Of a stretch of 64,000 nt of DNA, positions 21,564 through 28,246 are shown piece by piece. The DNA lies in NCBI GenBank assembly GCA_052279835.1, contig CP181291.1, positions 864,001-928,000 on the forward strand. The letters run 5' to 3'. Source of the DNA: Microcoleus sp. GTDB taxonomy: Bacteria; Cyanobacteriota; Cyanobacteriia; Cyanobacteriales; Microcoleaceae. How positions within the stretch are numbered: position 1 is the stretch's first letter; each line of letters begins with the position of its first letter. The notes under the pieces are model-generated. The model was not told the DNA's origin. It worked only from the letters and a program-made list of their open reading frames with translations, and made no database searches. A program made the translations under genes and the position numbers.

Positions 21564-21585
21564 CCAAATAGATAATTAATCATGT

Positions 21586-21700
21586 CACAGACTTTTGGAC
21601 CTTGGCGGTGTAGACTCCGGCAACAATAACTCCCTTGAGTTGTAGTACGCGGAATCAACCGCCACCCCGTCCAAACAGAAATTCCCAACAAAAATCTGTG
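21586..21700 (+). ncRNA. Structured leader RNA of the tRNA array
   Basis: Nested stems CACAGA/TCTGTG, TTTGGAC/GTCCAAA, TGGCGGT/ACCGCCA, GACTCCG/CGGAATC, AACTC/GAGTT. Confidence 0.6.
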
Positions 21701-21772
21701 GGGTTGTAGCTCAATTGGGAGAGCGTCGCTCTGTCACAGCGAAGGTAGCGGGATCGAAACCCGTCAGCCCCG
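21700..21772 (+). tRNA. trnD: tRNA-Asp(GTC)
   Basis: GGGGTTG/CAGCCCC acceptor; TCGCT-ctGTCac-AGCGA. Confidence 0.9.
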
Positions 21773-21777
21773 TCGAT

Positions 21778-21853
21778 AGTCCCGTAGGCAAATTGGTTGA
21801 AGCCGTCACCCTCTCTGGCGTGAAGATTGCGAGTTCAAACCTCGTCGGGACTC
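21778..21853 (+). tRNA. tRNA-Glu(CTC)-like, distorted anticodon arm
   Basis: AGTCCCG/CGGGACT acceptor; TCACC-ctCTCtg-GcGTGA with a bulge. Confidence 0.6.
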
Positions 21854-21856
21854 CCA

Positions 21857-21930
21857 GGTTAGATGGCCGAGTGGTTTAAGGCGTCGCTCTGCAAAAGCGA
21901 TTTTCGTGAGTTCAAATCTCACTCTAACCT
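21857..21930 (+). tRNA. trnC: tRNA-Cys(GCA)
   Basis: GGTTAGA/TCTAACC; TCGCT-ctGCAaa-AGCGA; U73. Confidence 0.9.
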
Positions 21931-22099
21931 TTGTTCCTATTTATTAATAGGAACAACCTCAAATCTGAAATTTCAAATCAGATAAATAAGTCCACCTAAT
22001 TAAACGTAAGATACAGGTGGCTAAAAAGCTTGCTGTATGAGCATTCTTCACCTCCATCTTCTTCCTTCTTCCTTCTTCCTTCTTCCTTCTACTTAACAT

Positions 22100-22174
22100 T
22101 GCAGCTTAGCTTAACGGTAAAGCCCCAAGTTCATACCTTGGTTAATGCGGGTTCAAATCCCGCTACTGCCACCA
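22100..22174 (+). tRNA. tRNA-Met/Ile2(CAT)-like, 3 acceptor mismatches, encoded CCA
   Basis: CCAAG-ttCATac-CTTGG; T-arm intact; TGCAGCT/TACTGCC. Confidence 0.65.
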
Positions 22175-22177
22175 AAT

Positions 22178-22252
22178 GCAGGGATGATGTAACTGGCAAC
22201 ATCTCAGTCTCCAAAACTGATTTTCTGAGTTCAAATCTCAGTCCCTGTGCCA
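22178..22252 (+). tRNA. trnW: tRNA-Trp(CCA), encoded CCA
   Basis: TCAGT-ctCCAaa-ACTGA. Confidence 0.9.
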
Positions 22253-22259
22253 AATTTTT

Positions 22260-22333
22260 AGTGCTGTAGGCAAACGGTATAAGCCGCTTGGTTTTCACCC
22301 AAGTGATTGCGGGTTCAAATCCCGTCAGCACTT
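22260..22333 (+). tRNA. trnE: tRNA-Glu(TTC)
   Basis: AGTGCTG/CAGCACT; CTTGG-ttTTCac-CCAAG. Confidence 0.88.
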
Positions 22334-22338
22334 TGTGT

Positions 22339-22413
22339 GGGTCGTTGGCAGAATGGTTTTGCAGCCGCCTTTTAAGCGGATGGATCGAGGTTCAATTCCT
22401 CGGCGACCTACCA
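22339..22413 (+). tRNA. trnK: tRNA-Lys(TTT), encoded CCA
   Basis: CCGC-ctTTTaa-GCGG; T-arm GAGG-TTCAATT-CCTC. Confidence 0.85.
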
Positions 22414-22426
22414 AATTTTCGATCTT

Positions 22427-22508
22427 GGGTCGGCCCTCCTATTGGCGTAGGTAGCTGTCTGTAAAATAGTAGCTTAAAGCGTTGCTGGTTCGATTCCAGC
22501 CCGACCCA
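22427..22508 (+). tRNA. trnY: tRNA-Tyr(GTA), atypical D-arm
   Basis: GGGTCGG/CCGACCC; GCTGT-ctGTAaa-ATAGT; variable arm present. Confidence 0.75.
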
Positions 22509-22537
22509 TTTGTAACTGTATTATGACTTACACAAAC

Positions 22538-22602
22538 AACCAGGTTTCTGAGAAAAATCTTGCATCTCTACGAGAGATATTGAGATAGAAACCGGGTTTT
22601 TG
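22538..22602. repeat. Dispersed inverted-repeat element inserted in a tRNA spacer
   Basis: Homologous to 16421-16489. Confidence 0.75.
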
Positions 22603-22648
22603 ACCCCCGTGGGTGACTCTTGTGTATTTAATATATAGTTGCAATCTT

Positions 22649-22723
22649 GAGAATGTGTTGTGACAGGACAACAACTCAGTTAGCGCGACTGAAGATTTGA
22701 GGGTTCAAATCCCTCCGTTCTCG
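22649..22723 (+). tRNA. tRNA-like element, nominal anticodon GCG in a non-canonical loop
   Basis: GAGAATG/CGTTCTC acceptor; perfect T-arm; TCAGT-taGCGcg-ACTGA lacks U33 and purine 37. Confidence 0.55.
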
Positions 22724-22727
22724 CTAT

Positions 22728-22814
22728 GGAGAAGTGGCCGAGCGGCTTATGGCGCTTTCCTGCTAAGAAAGAGCGGTTTAACACCCGTCGTGGGTTCAAA
22801 TCCCACCTTCTCCG
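22728..22814 (+). tRNA. trnS: tRNA-Ser(GCT)
   Basis: GGAGAAG/CTTCTCC; CTTTC-ctGCTaa-GAAAG; long variable arm. Confidence 0.92.
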
Positions 22815-22817
22815 TTT

Positions 22818-22890
22818 CCCCCGATAACTCAGTTGGTAGAGTGCTTGTTTGAAGAACAAGAAGTCGTCAGTTCGATACTGACTTGGGGGA
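22818..22890 (+). tRNA. trnF: tRNA-Phe(GAA)
   Basis: CTTGT-ttGAAga-ACAAG. Confidence 0.9.
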
Positions 22891-22896
22891 TTGCGT

Positions 22897-22971
22897 TGCC
22901 TCATAGCTCAATGGTAGAGCAAGCGGCTGTTAACCGCTAGGTTGTAGGTTCGAGTCCTACTGAGGCAGCCA
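22897..22971 (+). tRNA. trnN: tRNA-Asn(GTT), encoded CCA
   Basis: AGCGG-ctGTTaa-CCGCT. Confidence 0.93.
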
Positions 22972-22981
22972 TTTTCTAAAT

Positions 22982-23060
22982 TGCCGGGTAGACAAATTGG
23001 TAAAGTCACCTGTCTCTGAAACAGGAATTTATGTAGGTTCAAAGCCTACCCCGACATCCA
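22982..23060 (+). tRNA. trnQ: tRNA-Gln(CTG), encoded CCA
   Basis: CCTGT-ctCTGaa-ACAGG. Confidence 0.85.
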
Positions 23061-23065
23061 ATTAT

Positions 23066-23139
23066 TCGGAAGTCGCCTAATCGGTATGGCACCGCTCTTT
23101 GAAAGCGGAAAAATGCAGGTTCAAGCCCTGCCTTCCGAG
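23066..23139 (+). tRNA. trnQ: tRNA-Gln(TTG)
   Basis: CCGCT-ctTTGaa-AGCGG. Confidence 0.85.
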
Positions 23140-23168
23140 TTCTGCTATTACCAAAGCAGATCGATTAT

Positions 23169-23245
23169 ACTCCTGTAGCCCAATTGGGAGAGGCCACAAT
23201 TTCAAAAATTGTGTTGTGTGAGTTCAAATCTCACCAGGAGTACCA
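23169..23245 (+). tRNA. trnL: tRNA-Leu(CAA), short variable loop, encoded CCA
   Basis: ACAAT-ttCAAaa-ATTGT; A73. Confidence 0.85.
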
Positions 23246-23251
23246 AAAATT

Positions 23252-23326
23252 GCTCTTGTAGCCCAATTGGAAAGAGGCGCCGGTCTTAAAAATCGGATGA
23301 TGCTGGTTCAAATCCAGCCAGGAGCA
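23252..23326 (+). tRNA. trnL: tRNA-Leu(TAA), short variable loop, no intron
   Basis: CCGGT-ctTAAaa-ATCGG. Confidence 0.85.
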
Positions 23327-23330
23327 TCAA

Positions 23331-23403
23331 CGGGATGTAATTCAGCGGCCAGAAGCCATGCTTTGGGAGCATGGAGTCGTTGGTTCAAATCCAACCATCC
23401 CGA
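23331..23403 (+). tRNA. trnP: tRNA-Pro(TGG)
   Basis: CGGGATG/CATCCCG; CATGC-ttTGGga-GCATG. Confidence 0.9.
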
Positions 23404-23407
23404 CTTT

Positions 23408-23481
23408 ACCCCTGTGATGCAATTAGCAGACATCTCTTGTTGAGTGCAAGAGTTTTGTTGGTGCAAATCCAACTAGGGGTA
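23408..23481 (+). tRNA. tRNA-Leu(GAG)-like, degenerate D and T loops
   Basis: TCTTG-ttGAGtg-CAAGA; T-loop TGCAAAT; no GG in the D-loop. Confidence 0.65.
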
Positions 23482-23515
23482 TTGGGTATCAAAACCCAAA
23501 AGTGCGATGGATTTT

Positions 23516-23589
23516 GCTCCTGTAGCCCAATTGGTAGAGGCGCTAGACTTAGGATCTAGTTAGTGCTGGTTCGATGCCAGTCAGGAGTA
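23516..23589 (+). tRNA. trnL: tRNA-Leu(TAG), short variable loop
   Basis: CTAGA-ctTAGga-TCTAG. Confidence 0.85.
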
Positions 23590-23600
23590 TTTGGTGACAT

Positions 23601-23679
23601 CGCGGGTGAAGTAGCCTGGGTAGGCTTGGAGGTCTCATAAGCCTCTTTCTAGTAGGTTCAACTCCTATCCCCGCCACCA
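23601..23679 (+). tRNA. tRNA-fMet(CAT)-like, imperfect acceptor, encoded CCA
   Basis: 5' CGCGGG with C1 mismatch; GAGGT-ctCATaa-GCCTC. Confidence 0.65.
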
Positions 23680-23684
23680 AAATT

Positions 23685-23756
23685 GCAGGTGTGATGTAAC
23701 TGGCAACATGAGGCTCTTGTAAAGCTTTTTTGCAGGTTCAACTCCTGTCACCTGCT
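23685..23756 (+). tRNA. trnT: tRNA-Thr(TGT)
   Basis: GCAGGTG/CACCTGC; AGGCT-ctTGTaa-AGCTT. Confidence 0.85.
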
Positions 23757-23776
23757 TGGGTAAATACGATCACTCT

Positions 23777-24382
23777 TTAGGCAGAAGTGCGATCGCCACC
23801 TTCCCAAATTTGCAGTTGTCTTTCTGCTGCAACAAAACAGTTAACATACGGCGTGGGATAAACAAAATAATCGTAAGCTAGCGCCATTTGTCGCGCGGCT
23901 TCGCGATAAGGAACTCTGCCGATTCCAGTTCCTAAACCCGGACAAACGACGCTCTCAATTTTACGTTCTACGTGTCGGTTGTAGCGCCGAATTGTTAATA
24001 GCATTGCCCACATTGCGACATACGGAATATCTGTACCGACAACAGACATGGGTACGCGCATGGTGGGAGTATGAGCGAGAAAAGGATGTTTGGGATGGTG
24101 AGTGTCGATGATGAATGACGTGCCAACGGGCTGTTCGCCTAAATAGTCTTCCAAGATATGCTCCTGAACCCTAACCATCAGAGAATCACCGAAAAAATCA
24201 ACAATAGCTGCATCGATACCGCCATCCATCATGCCAAATGAATTGGCGGGACTAACCAAACAATCATATTCGGTTAAATCCTCAAAACGTTTGTTGGTAA
24301 TTTCGACATTGGGCAGGTAGAAAAAATGCTCTTGGAATGCCGCGAGTAGTTCGGAATTTGGTGCTGTAAGTATCAGTTTCAT
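23777..24382 (-). CDS. Macrodomain (ADP-ribose-binding/Appr-1''-p processing) protein, antisense inside the tRNA array
   Basis: VSPANSFGMMDGGIDAAI and CPGLGTGIG macro motifs; ATG 24382 (longer ORF overlaps a tRNA). Confidence 0.88.
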   Translation of the reverse strand: MKLILTAPNSELLAAFQEHFFYLPNVEITNKRFEDLTEYDCLVSPANSFGMMDGGIDAAIVDFFGDSLMVRVQEHILEDYLGEQPVGTSFIIDTHHPKHPFLAHTPTMRVPMSVVGTDIPYVAMWAMLLTIRRYNRHVERKIESVVCPGLGTGIGRVPYREAARQMALAYDYFVYPTPYVNCFVAAERQLQIWEGGDRTSA

Positions 24383-24456
24383 AGGTTTTACCTCAGATTC
24401 CCAGTTTAGCAAATAGTTAAGGACGATCGCACTAATTCTCCCCAAACTTTTTTTGT

Positions 24457-24528
24457 AGTCCTGTAGCTCAGTTGGGAGAGCGTTTACCTTACAAGCAAAT
24501 GCGGGGTAATATCCTGCCAGGACTACCA
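24457..24528 (+). pseudogene. tRNA-Val(TAC) pseudogene-like
   Basis: Acceptor AGTCCTG/CAGGACT plus ACCA intact; variable loop collapsed; T-loop GTAATAT. Confidence 0.7.
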
Positions 24529-24534
24529 ATTTAG

Positions 24535-24608
24535 GGGAGTGTAACTCAACTGGACAGAGTGTCGAGCTTCTACCTCGAAAGTTGTGGGTTCGAGTCCTAC
24601 CGCTCCTG
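24535..24608 (+). tRNA. trnR: tRNA-Arg(TCT)
   Basis: TCGAG-ctTCTac-CTCGA. Confidence 0.9.
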
Positions 24609-24614
24609 CTGAAT

Positions 24615-24691
24615 GGGTTCGTAGCTTAATTGGAAAAGCATCTAACTGGCTGTTAGAAAGATATCGGTTCAAATCCGATCGCAATCCACCA
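24615..24691 (+). tRNA. trnA: tRNA-Ala(GGC), bulged acceptor, encoded CCA
   Basis: G3:U70 present; TCTAA-ctGGCtg-TTAGA; 8-nt 3' acceptor strand CGCAATCC. Confidence 0.75.
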
Positions 24692-24696
24692 AATTT

Positions 24697-24773
24697 GGGT
24701 CTGTAGCTTAATTGGAAAAGCACCTAGTTCGCAACTAGGAAAATGTCAGTTCGACTCTGACCAGTATCCACCA
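24697..24773 (+). tRNA. trnA: tRNA-Ala(CGC), bulged acceptor, encoded CCA
   Basis: G3:U70 present; CCTAG-ttCGCaa-CTAGG; 8-nt 3' strand CAGTATCC. Confidence 0.78.
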
Positions 24774-24778
24774 AAAAA

Positions 24779-24851
24779 GGGGTCATAGCTCAATTGGTAG
24801 AGCGCTTGCTTTGCACGCAAGAGGTTAGGAGTTCGATTCTCCTTGATTCCA
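24779..24851 (+). tRNA. trnA: tRNA-Ala(TGC)
   Basis: CTTGC-ttTGCac-GCAAG; G3:U70. Confidence 0.92.
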
Positions 24852-24855
24852 CTGC

Positions 24856-24931
24856 GGTGTCTGAAGTCGAAGCGGTCGAGACGCTAGCCTGTGAAGTTAG
24901 TTATTAGCGGGTTCAAGCCCCGTCAGACACC
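24856..24931 (+). tRNA. trnH: tRNA-His(GTG) with G-1
   Basis: G-GTGTCTG/CAGACAC-C; CTAGC-ctGTGaa-GTTAG. Confidence 0.88.
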
Positions 24932-25093
24932 CCTCGGAAGATGCCGCTGAATGGCCGGCAACAGGCGCAAGAAAACCAGGGTACAGGCAACTGTAAGGGT
25001 AGCGAGCAGCAAGCAAAATAACTCAACATTTGTGGTAAAACCTTTACAAATCTCTTGATGGTATGCTATGTTTATACTATAGGGGTCAAATTT

Positions 25094-25295
25094 ATGTTGA
25101 AGCAAAAAGTTGTTCGTGTTACAGCCACGCCCGTTTGAACTTGAAGATGGGTCAATATTCCCTCATGCAGTTGAGTTGGAAGATGTGCCTAGTCCAGAAG
25201 AGTTTCAGAAGTTCTATGACCATTGGTTTTCTATCTTTGAGGATTTAGCCAATGGAGAAACTTCTGACGATCGGACAAGTTGCCAAGCAGCTTAA
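25094..25295 (+). pseudogene. Small acidic ORF upstream of tnpA, apparently frameshifted near 25130
   Basis: ATG 25094 MLKQKVVRVTAT.. stops early; +1 frame continues FELEDGSIFPHAVELEDVPSPEEFQKFYDHWF. Confidence 0.5.
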
Positions 25296-25857
25296 TGTTA
25301 CAGTTAAGACTCTGAGGCTGTGGGATGAAGAAGCTAAATTATCTGCTCTACGGACTCCTGGTAAACATAGAATGTATCGAGAGTCCGATATTGCAAAGTT
25401 TATAGGCACTTATATAGAAGATAAATCAGTTGAGTTACCAGTCTGTGTTTACTGTAGAGTTAGTAGCCATGACCAGAAGCAAAAAGGTGATTTAGAGCGT
25501 CAGCAAGGCAGAGTTTTAAATTACTGCGCCAATCAAGGTTACAAGGTTGAATATTCATTGGCAGAAGTTGCTTCTGGTATGTCTGATACTAGAGCTAAGT
25601 TGCATAAATTGTTCCGGCTTGCGATTGATAAGAAGATTTCCAAACTAATCATTGAACATCGAGATAGACTGTGCAGATTTAACTTTGAAATATTTAAGTT
25701 ATTTTTCGAGACTCATGGTGTTGAAGTTGAATATATGGAAGAGACTTTACCTAAAACATATGAAGCTGAGTTAGTAGAAGATATGCTGTCACTAATGTCT
25801 TCTTTCTCAGCTAGGATTTACGGCAAACGTTCTGCAGAACGAAGGAAGAAGAAATGA
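25252..25857 (+). CDS. tnpA: IS607 TnpA serine recombinase with N-terminal MerR-type HTH
   Basis: LTIGQVAKQLNVTVKTLRLWD, YCRVSS (catalytic Ser), DRLCRF, ELVEDML..FSARIYGKRS. Confidence 0.93.
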   Translation: MEKLLTIGQVAKQLNVTVKTLRLWDEEAKLSALRTPGKHRMYRESDIAKFIGTYIEDKSVELPVCVYCRVSSHDQKQKGDLERQQGRVLNYCANQGYKVEYSLAEVASGMSDTRAKLHKLFRLAIDKKISKLIIEHRDRLCRFNFEIFKLFFETHGVEVEYMEETLPKTYEAELVEDMLSLMSSFSARIYGKRSAERRKKK

Positions 25858-27092
25858 TTTTAGTAGAGAGACACATCATTAAACAATCCCATCAGCATTG
25901 GCAGTCCATAGATCGACTATCTTTCTTATCTAAGAATCTCTACAATGCAGCTAATTACATCTGTCGTCAATACTTCTTTGCTAGTAGTAAGAAATATAGT
26001 CTCACCGACTTATATCATCTGATTAAAAATTCAGTTGACTATCGTGCATTACCGACTAAAGTTAGCAAACAAATCATTAAGCGTCTGGTTTCTACTTGGA
26101 CAGGTTACTTTGAAGCTTACAAAGAATGGCAGCGGCATCCGGGTAAGTTCTTAGGTAAACCCAAAATACCAAGATATAAGGATAAAATCAAAGGACGCAA
26201 TCTAGTTATTTACCACCATGAGTCAGTTTACAAAGCGGAACTTAAGAAAGGAATCTGCCATTTATCGATGAGTGAGATTAAGATTCCCACTAAAGTAGAT
26301 AACATTGTGGAAGTGAGATTAGTACCTCGTGCCACTTGTTATATAGTAGAAATAGTCTATTACAAGCAGGAGCAACAACGAGAGTCTAGTCATTATGTGG
26401 CTGGTATTGACCTGGGCTTAACTAACTTAGTAGCCCTAACTTCAAACCAACCAGGTTTCAGACCTATTCTGATTAATGGACGACCGCTCAAGTCGGTAAA
26501 CCAATTTTATAACAAGACTAAAGCTCAATTACAAACTCAATTAGAAGGGGAGCGTAAAACAAGTAAGAGAATTCAATCTCTGACTGCCTATCGCCATCGC
26601 TATGTTGACAATTATCTGCACAATACAAGCCGAGGAATTGTCAATCTACTACAAGAGTCAGAGATTGGTATCTTAGTAATTGGTAAGAATGAAAACTGGA
26701 AACAGAATGTGAATATAGGTAAAATAAATAATCAGTCATTCACACAGATTCCCCATGCAAGATTAATTGACCAAATTACATATAAATGTCAATTAGCAGG
26801 AATCAAAGTCGTAGTCACTGAAGAATCTTATACCTCAAAGACGAGTGCTTTAGATTTAGAAACACCCCGCAAACACAATACCTACCTGGGTAAACGTGTC
26901 AAGAGAGGCTTGTTTCGCTCTCAGTCAGGAGTCAAACTCAATGCTGACGTTAATGGTTCCTTACAAATCACTAGAAAAGTATTCCCTAATGCCTATACAG
27001 TAGAAGGGATAGCGAGTGCAGCCGTTGCACCTTTAAAGGTAACACCTTTATTAAGTGTCAAGAGTGAGCAAATGAAGATTTGTTCATTTTAA
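25854..27092 (+). CDS. tnpB: TnpB RNA-guided nuclease with rearranged RuvC-II
   Basis: GIDLG (RuvC-I); VIGKN at the canonical Glu position; EESYTSK; NADVNG (RuvC-III); no CxxC zinc finger. Confidence 0.9.
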   Translation: MILVERHIIKQSHQHWQSIDRLSFLSKNLYNAANYICRQYFFASSKKYSLTDLYHLIKNSVDYRALPTKVSKQIIKRLVSTWTGYFEAYKEWQRHPGKFLGKPKIPRYKDKIKGRNLVIYHHESVYKAELKKGICHLSMSEIKIPTKVDNIVEVRLVPRATCYIVEIVYYKQEQQRESSHYVAGIDLGLTNLVALTSNQPGFRPILINGRPLKSVNQFYNKTKAQLQTQLEGERKTSKRIQSLTAYRHRYVDNYLHNTSRGIVNLLQESEIGILVIGKNENWKQNVNIGKINNQSFTQIPHARLIDQITYKCQLAGIKVVVTEESYTSKTSALDLETPRKHNTYLGKRVKRGLFRSQSGVKLNADVNGSLQITRKVFPNAYTVEGIASAAVAPLKVTPLLSVKSEQMKICSF

Positions 27093-27125
27093 CACGAACG
27101 GTTCGATTCCTTCATCTTCCTCTTT

Positions 27126-27197
27126 CCACCAGAAGTCGAAAAGCGAGATTCCGTGCTGATAACGCGGGGATAGGAGGGGCAGTACCTCCCTGGTGGA
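27126..27197 (+). tRNA. trnI: tRNA-Ile(GAT), atypical T-loop GGCAGTA
   Basis: CCACCAG/CTGGTGG; CCGTG-ctGATaa-CGCGG. Confidence 0.72.
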
Positions 27198-27371
27198 TTG
27201 GTTGGTTTATAATAAGTTTAGATTTGCTAGTTATTCAACATAATAACTATATCCGTGATTAAAAATAGTTTTAAACGAACCGCGAAGACACAAAGGACGC
27301 GAAGATTGGAATGAGAAGAGAGTTTCACAACTCATTGAAATTCACTAGAGATTATTTAAGGTTAAATTTAG

Positions 27372-27938
27372 ATGAATTTACAACATTATAATTACTATCT
27401 GGTGCTTGACCTCGAAGCGACTTGCTGCGATCGCGGAAATCTCAGAAGAGAGGAAATGGAAATCATCGAAATTGGAGCGGTGATGGTGCATCCAGAATCT
27501 TTAAGTATTATTGATGAGTTTCAAAGCTTTATTAAACCGATTCGCCATCCCATTCTTACTGAATTCTGCAAGTCGCTAACATCTATTTCTCAAGCACAAG
27601 TCGATCGAGCTCCGACTTACCCGGAGGCGATCGCAATTCTGAAAAAATGGCTGTCTGGTTACTCAAATGGCGTGTTTGGTTCCTGGGGCGATTACGATCG
27701 CAAACAATTCCAACAAGACAGCAACTTTCACAAAGTACCTTTTCCGATTGCTTATCCTCATGTCAATCTCAAACAATTGTTTTCGGAAAAACAAGGTTTG
27801 CGAAAACGACTTGGCATGGCGAAAGCTTTGCAATTTGTAGGTTTACCGCTAGCAGGAACTCATCACCGAGGCATAGATGATGCGAGAAATATTGCTAAAT
27901 TGTTGCCTTATATTCTGGAGCAAAAACGGATTTCCTGA
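27372..27938 (+). CDS. DEDDh 3'-5' exonuclease (ERI1/KapD-like)
   Basis: VLDLEAT, EIIEIGAV, SWGDYD, HHRGIDDARNI. Confidence 0.9.
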   Translation: MNLQHYNYYLVLDLEATCCDRGNLRREEMEIIEIGAVMVHPESLSIIDEFQSFIKPIRHPILTEFCKSLTSISQAQVDRAPTYPEAIAILKKWLSGYSNGVFGSWGDYDRKQFQQDSNFHKVPFPIAYPHVNLKQLFSEKQGLRKRLGMAKALQFVGLPLAGTHHRGIDDARNIAKLLPYILEQKRIS

Positions 27939-28068
27939 TTGGCGTTCCAATGAGGTGTTTGCCTGATCGCACTTGCACAAATCTAATGCCCATCACGCTA
28001 TCAGACTCTCAACCACAGCTAGATAGGGCAATTCTCTGCGGGGCGATCGCCCTAAATTTGAAAAAGTA

Positions 28069-28097
28069 TTGCCAAAATAAACTAGCTATGTTATGTT
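28069..28097 (+). promoter_or_regulatory. Sigma70 promoter of stand-alone tRNA-Lys
   Basis: TTGCCA-17bp-TATGTT with TGn extension, just upstream of the tRNA. Confidence 0.6.
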
Positions 28098-28108
28098 AAT
28101 AAAAATGC

Positions 28109-28182
<74 letters not shown>

Positions 28183-28246
28183 TCAATTTCCATCCTCTGC
28201 GAGTCAATAGTTTCAGGTTGATCGATTCAACAAAATTGCTAACTAT

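Larger units (their letters stand above)
25001..27102 (+). mobile_element. IS607-family element (small ORF, serine-recombinase tnpA, tnpB)
   Basis: GGT shared at both junctions (24998-25000, 27100-27102); no long terminal inverted repeats; tnpA-tnpB ATGA overlap. Confidence 0.88.
24936..27121 (+). pseudogene. tRNA-Ser-like gene (8/4 fold, long variable arm) split by IS607; 5' part 24936-25000, 3' part 27103-27121
   Basis: GGAAGATG pairs with CATCTTCC; variable arm TACAG-GCAA-CTGTA; rejoining gives AGGG-TTCGATT-CCTT; anticodon arm degenerate. Confidence 0.75.

Noticed and set aside
21594..21675. Leader hairpin as an intrinsic terminator or Y RNA
   Set aside because: No U-tract follows on either strand; no clear Ro60-binding motif and no Ro60 gene in the window
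22030..25105. Short ORFs across the tRNA array (e.g. 22030, 22131, 22680, 23371, 24523, 24923)
   Set aside because: Shadow ORFs over tRNA genes
24936..27121. selC (tRNA-Sec) or group I intron/IStron
   Set aside because: 5' GGAAGAT resembles selC but there is no TCA anticodon and no sel genes; only ~90 bp precede the first IS ORF, too short for a ribozyme core
27198..27371. Expected tRNA-Gly at the array end
   Set aside because: No T-arm or cloverleaf found; AT-rich spacer with a dispersed repeat
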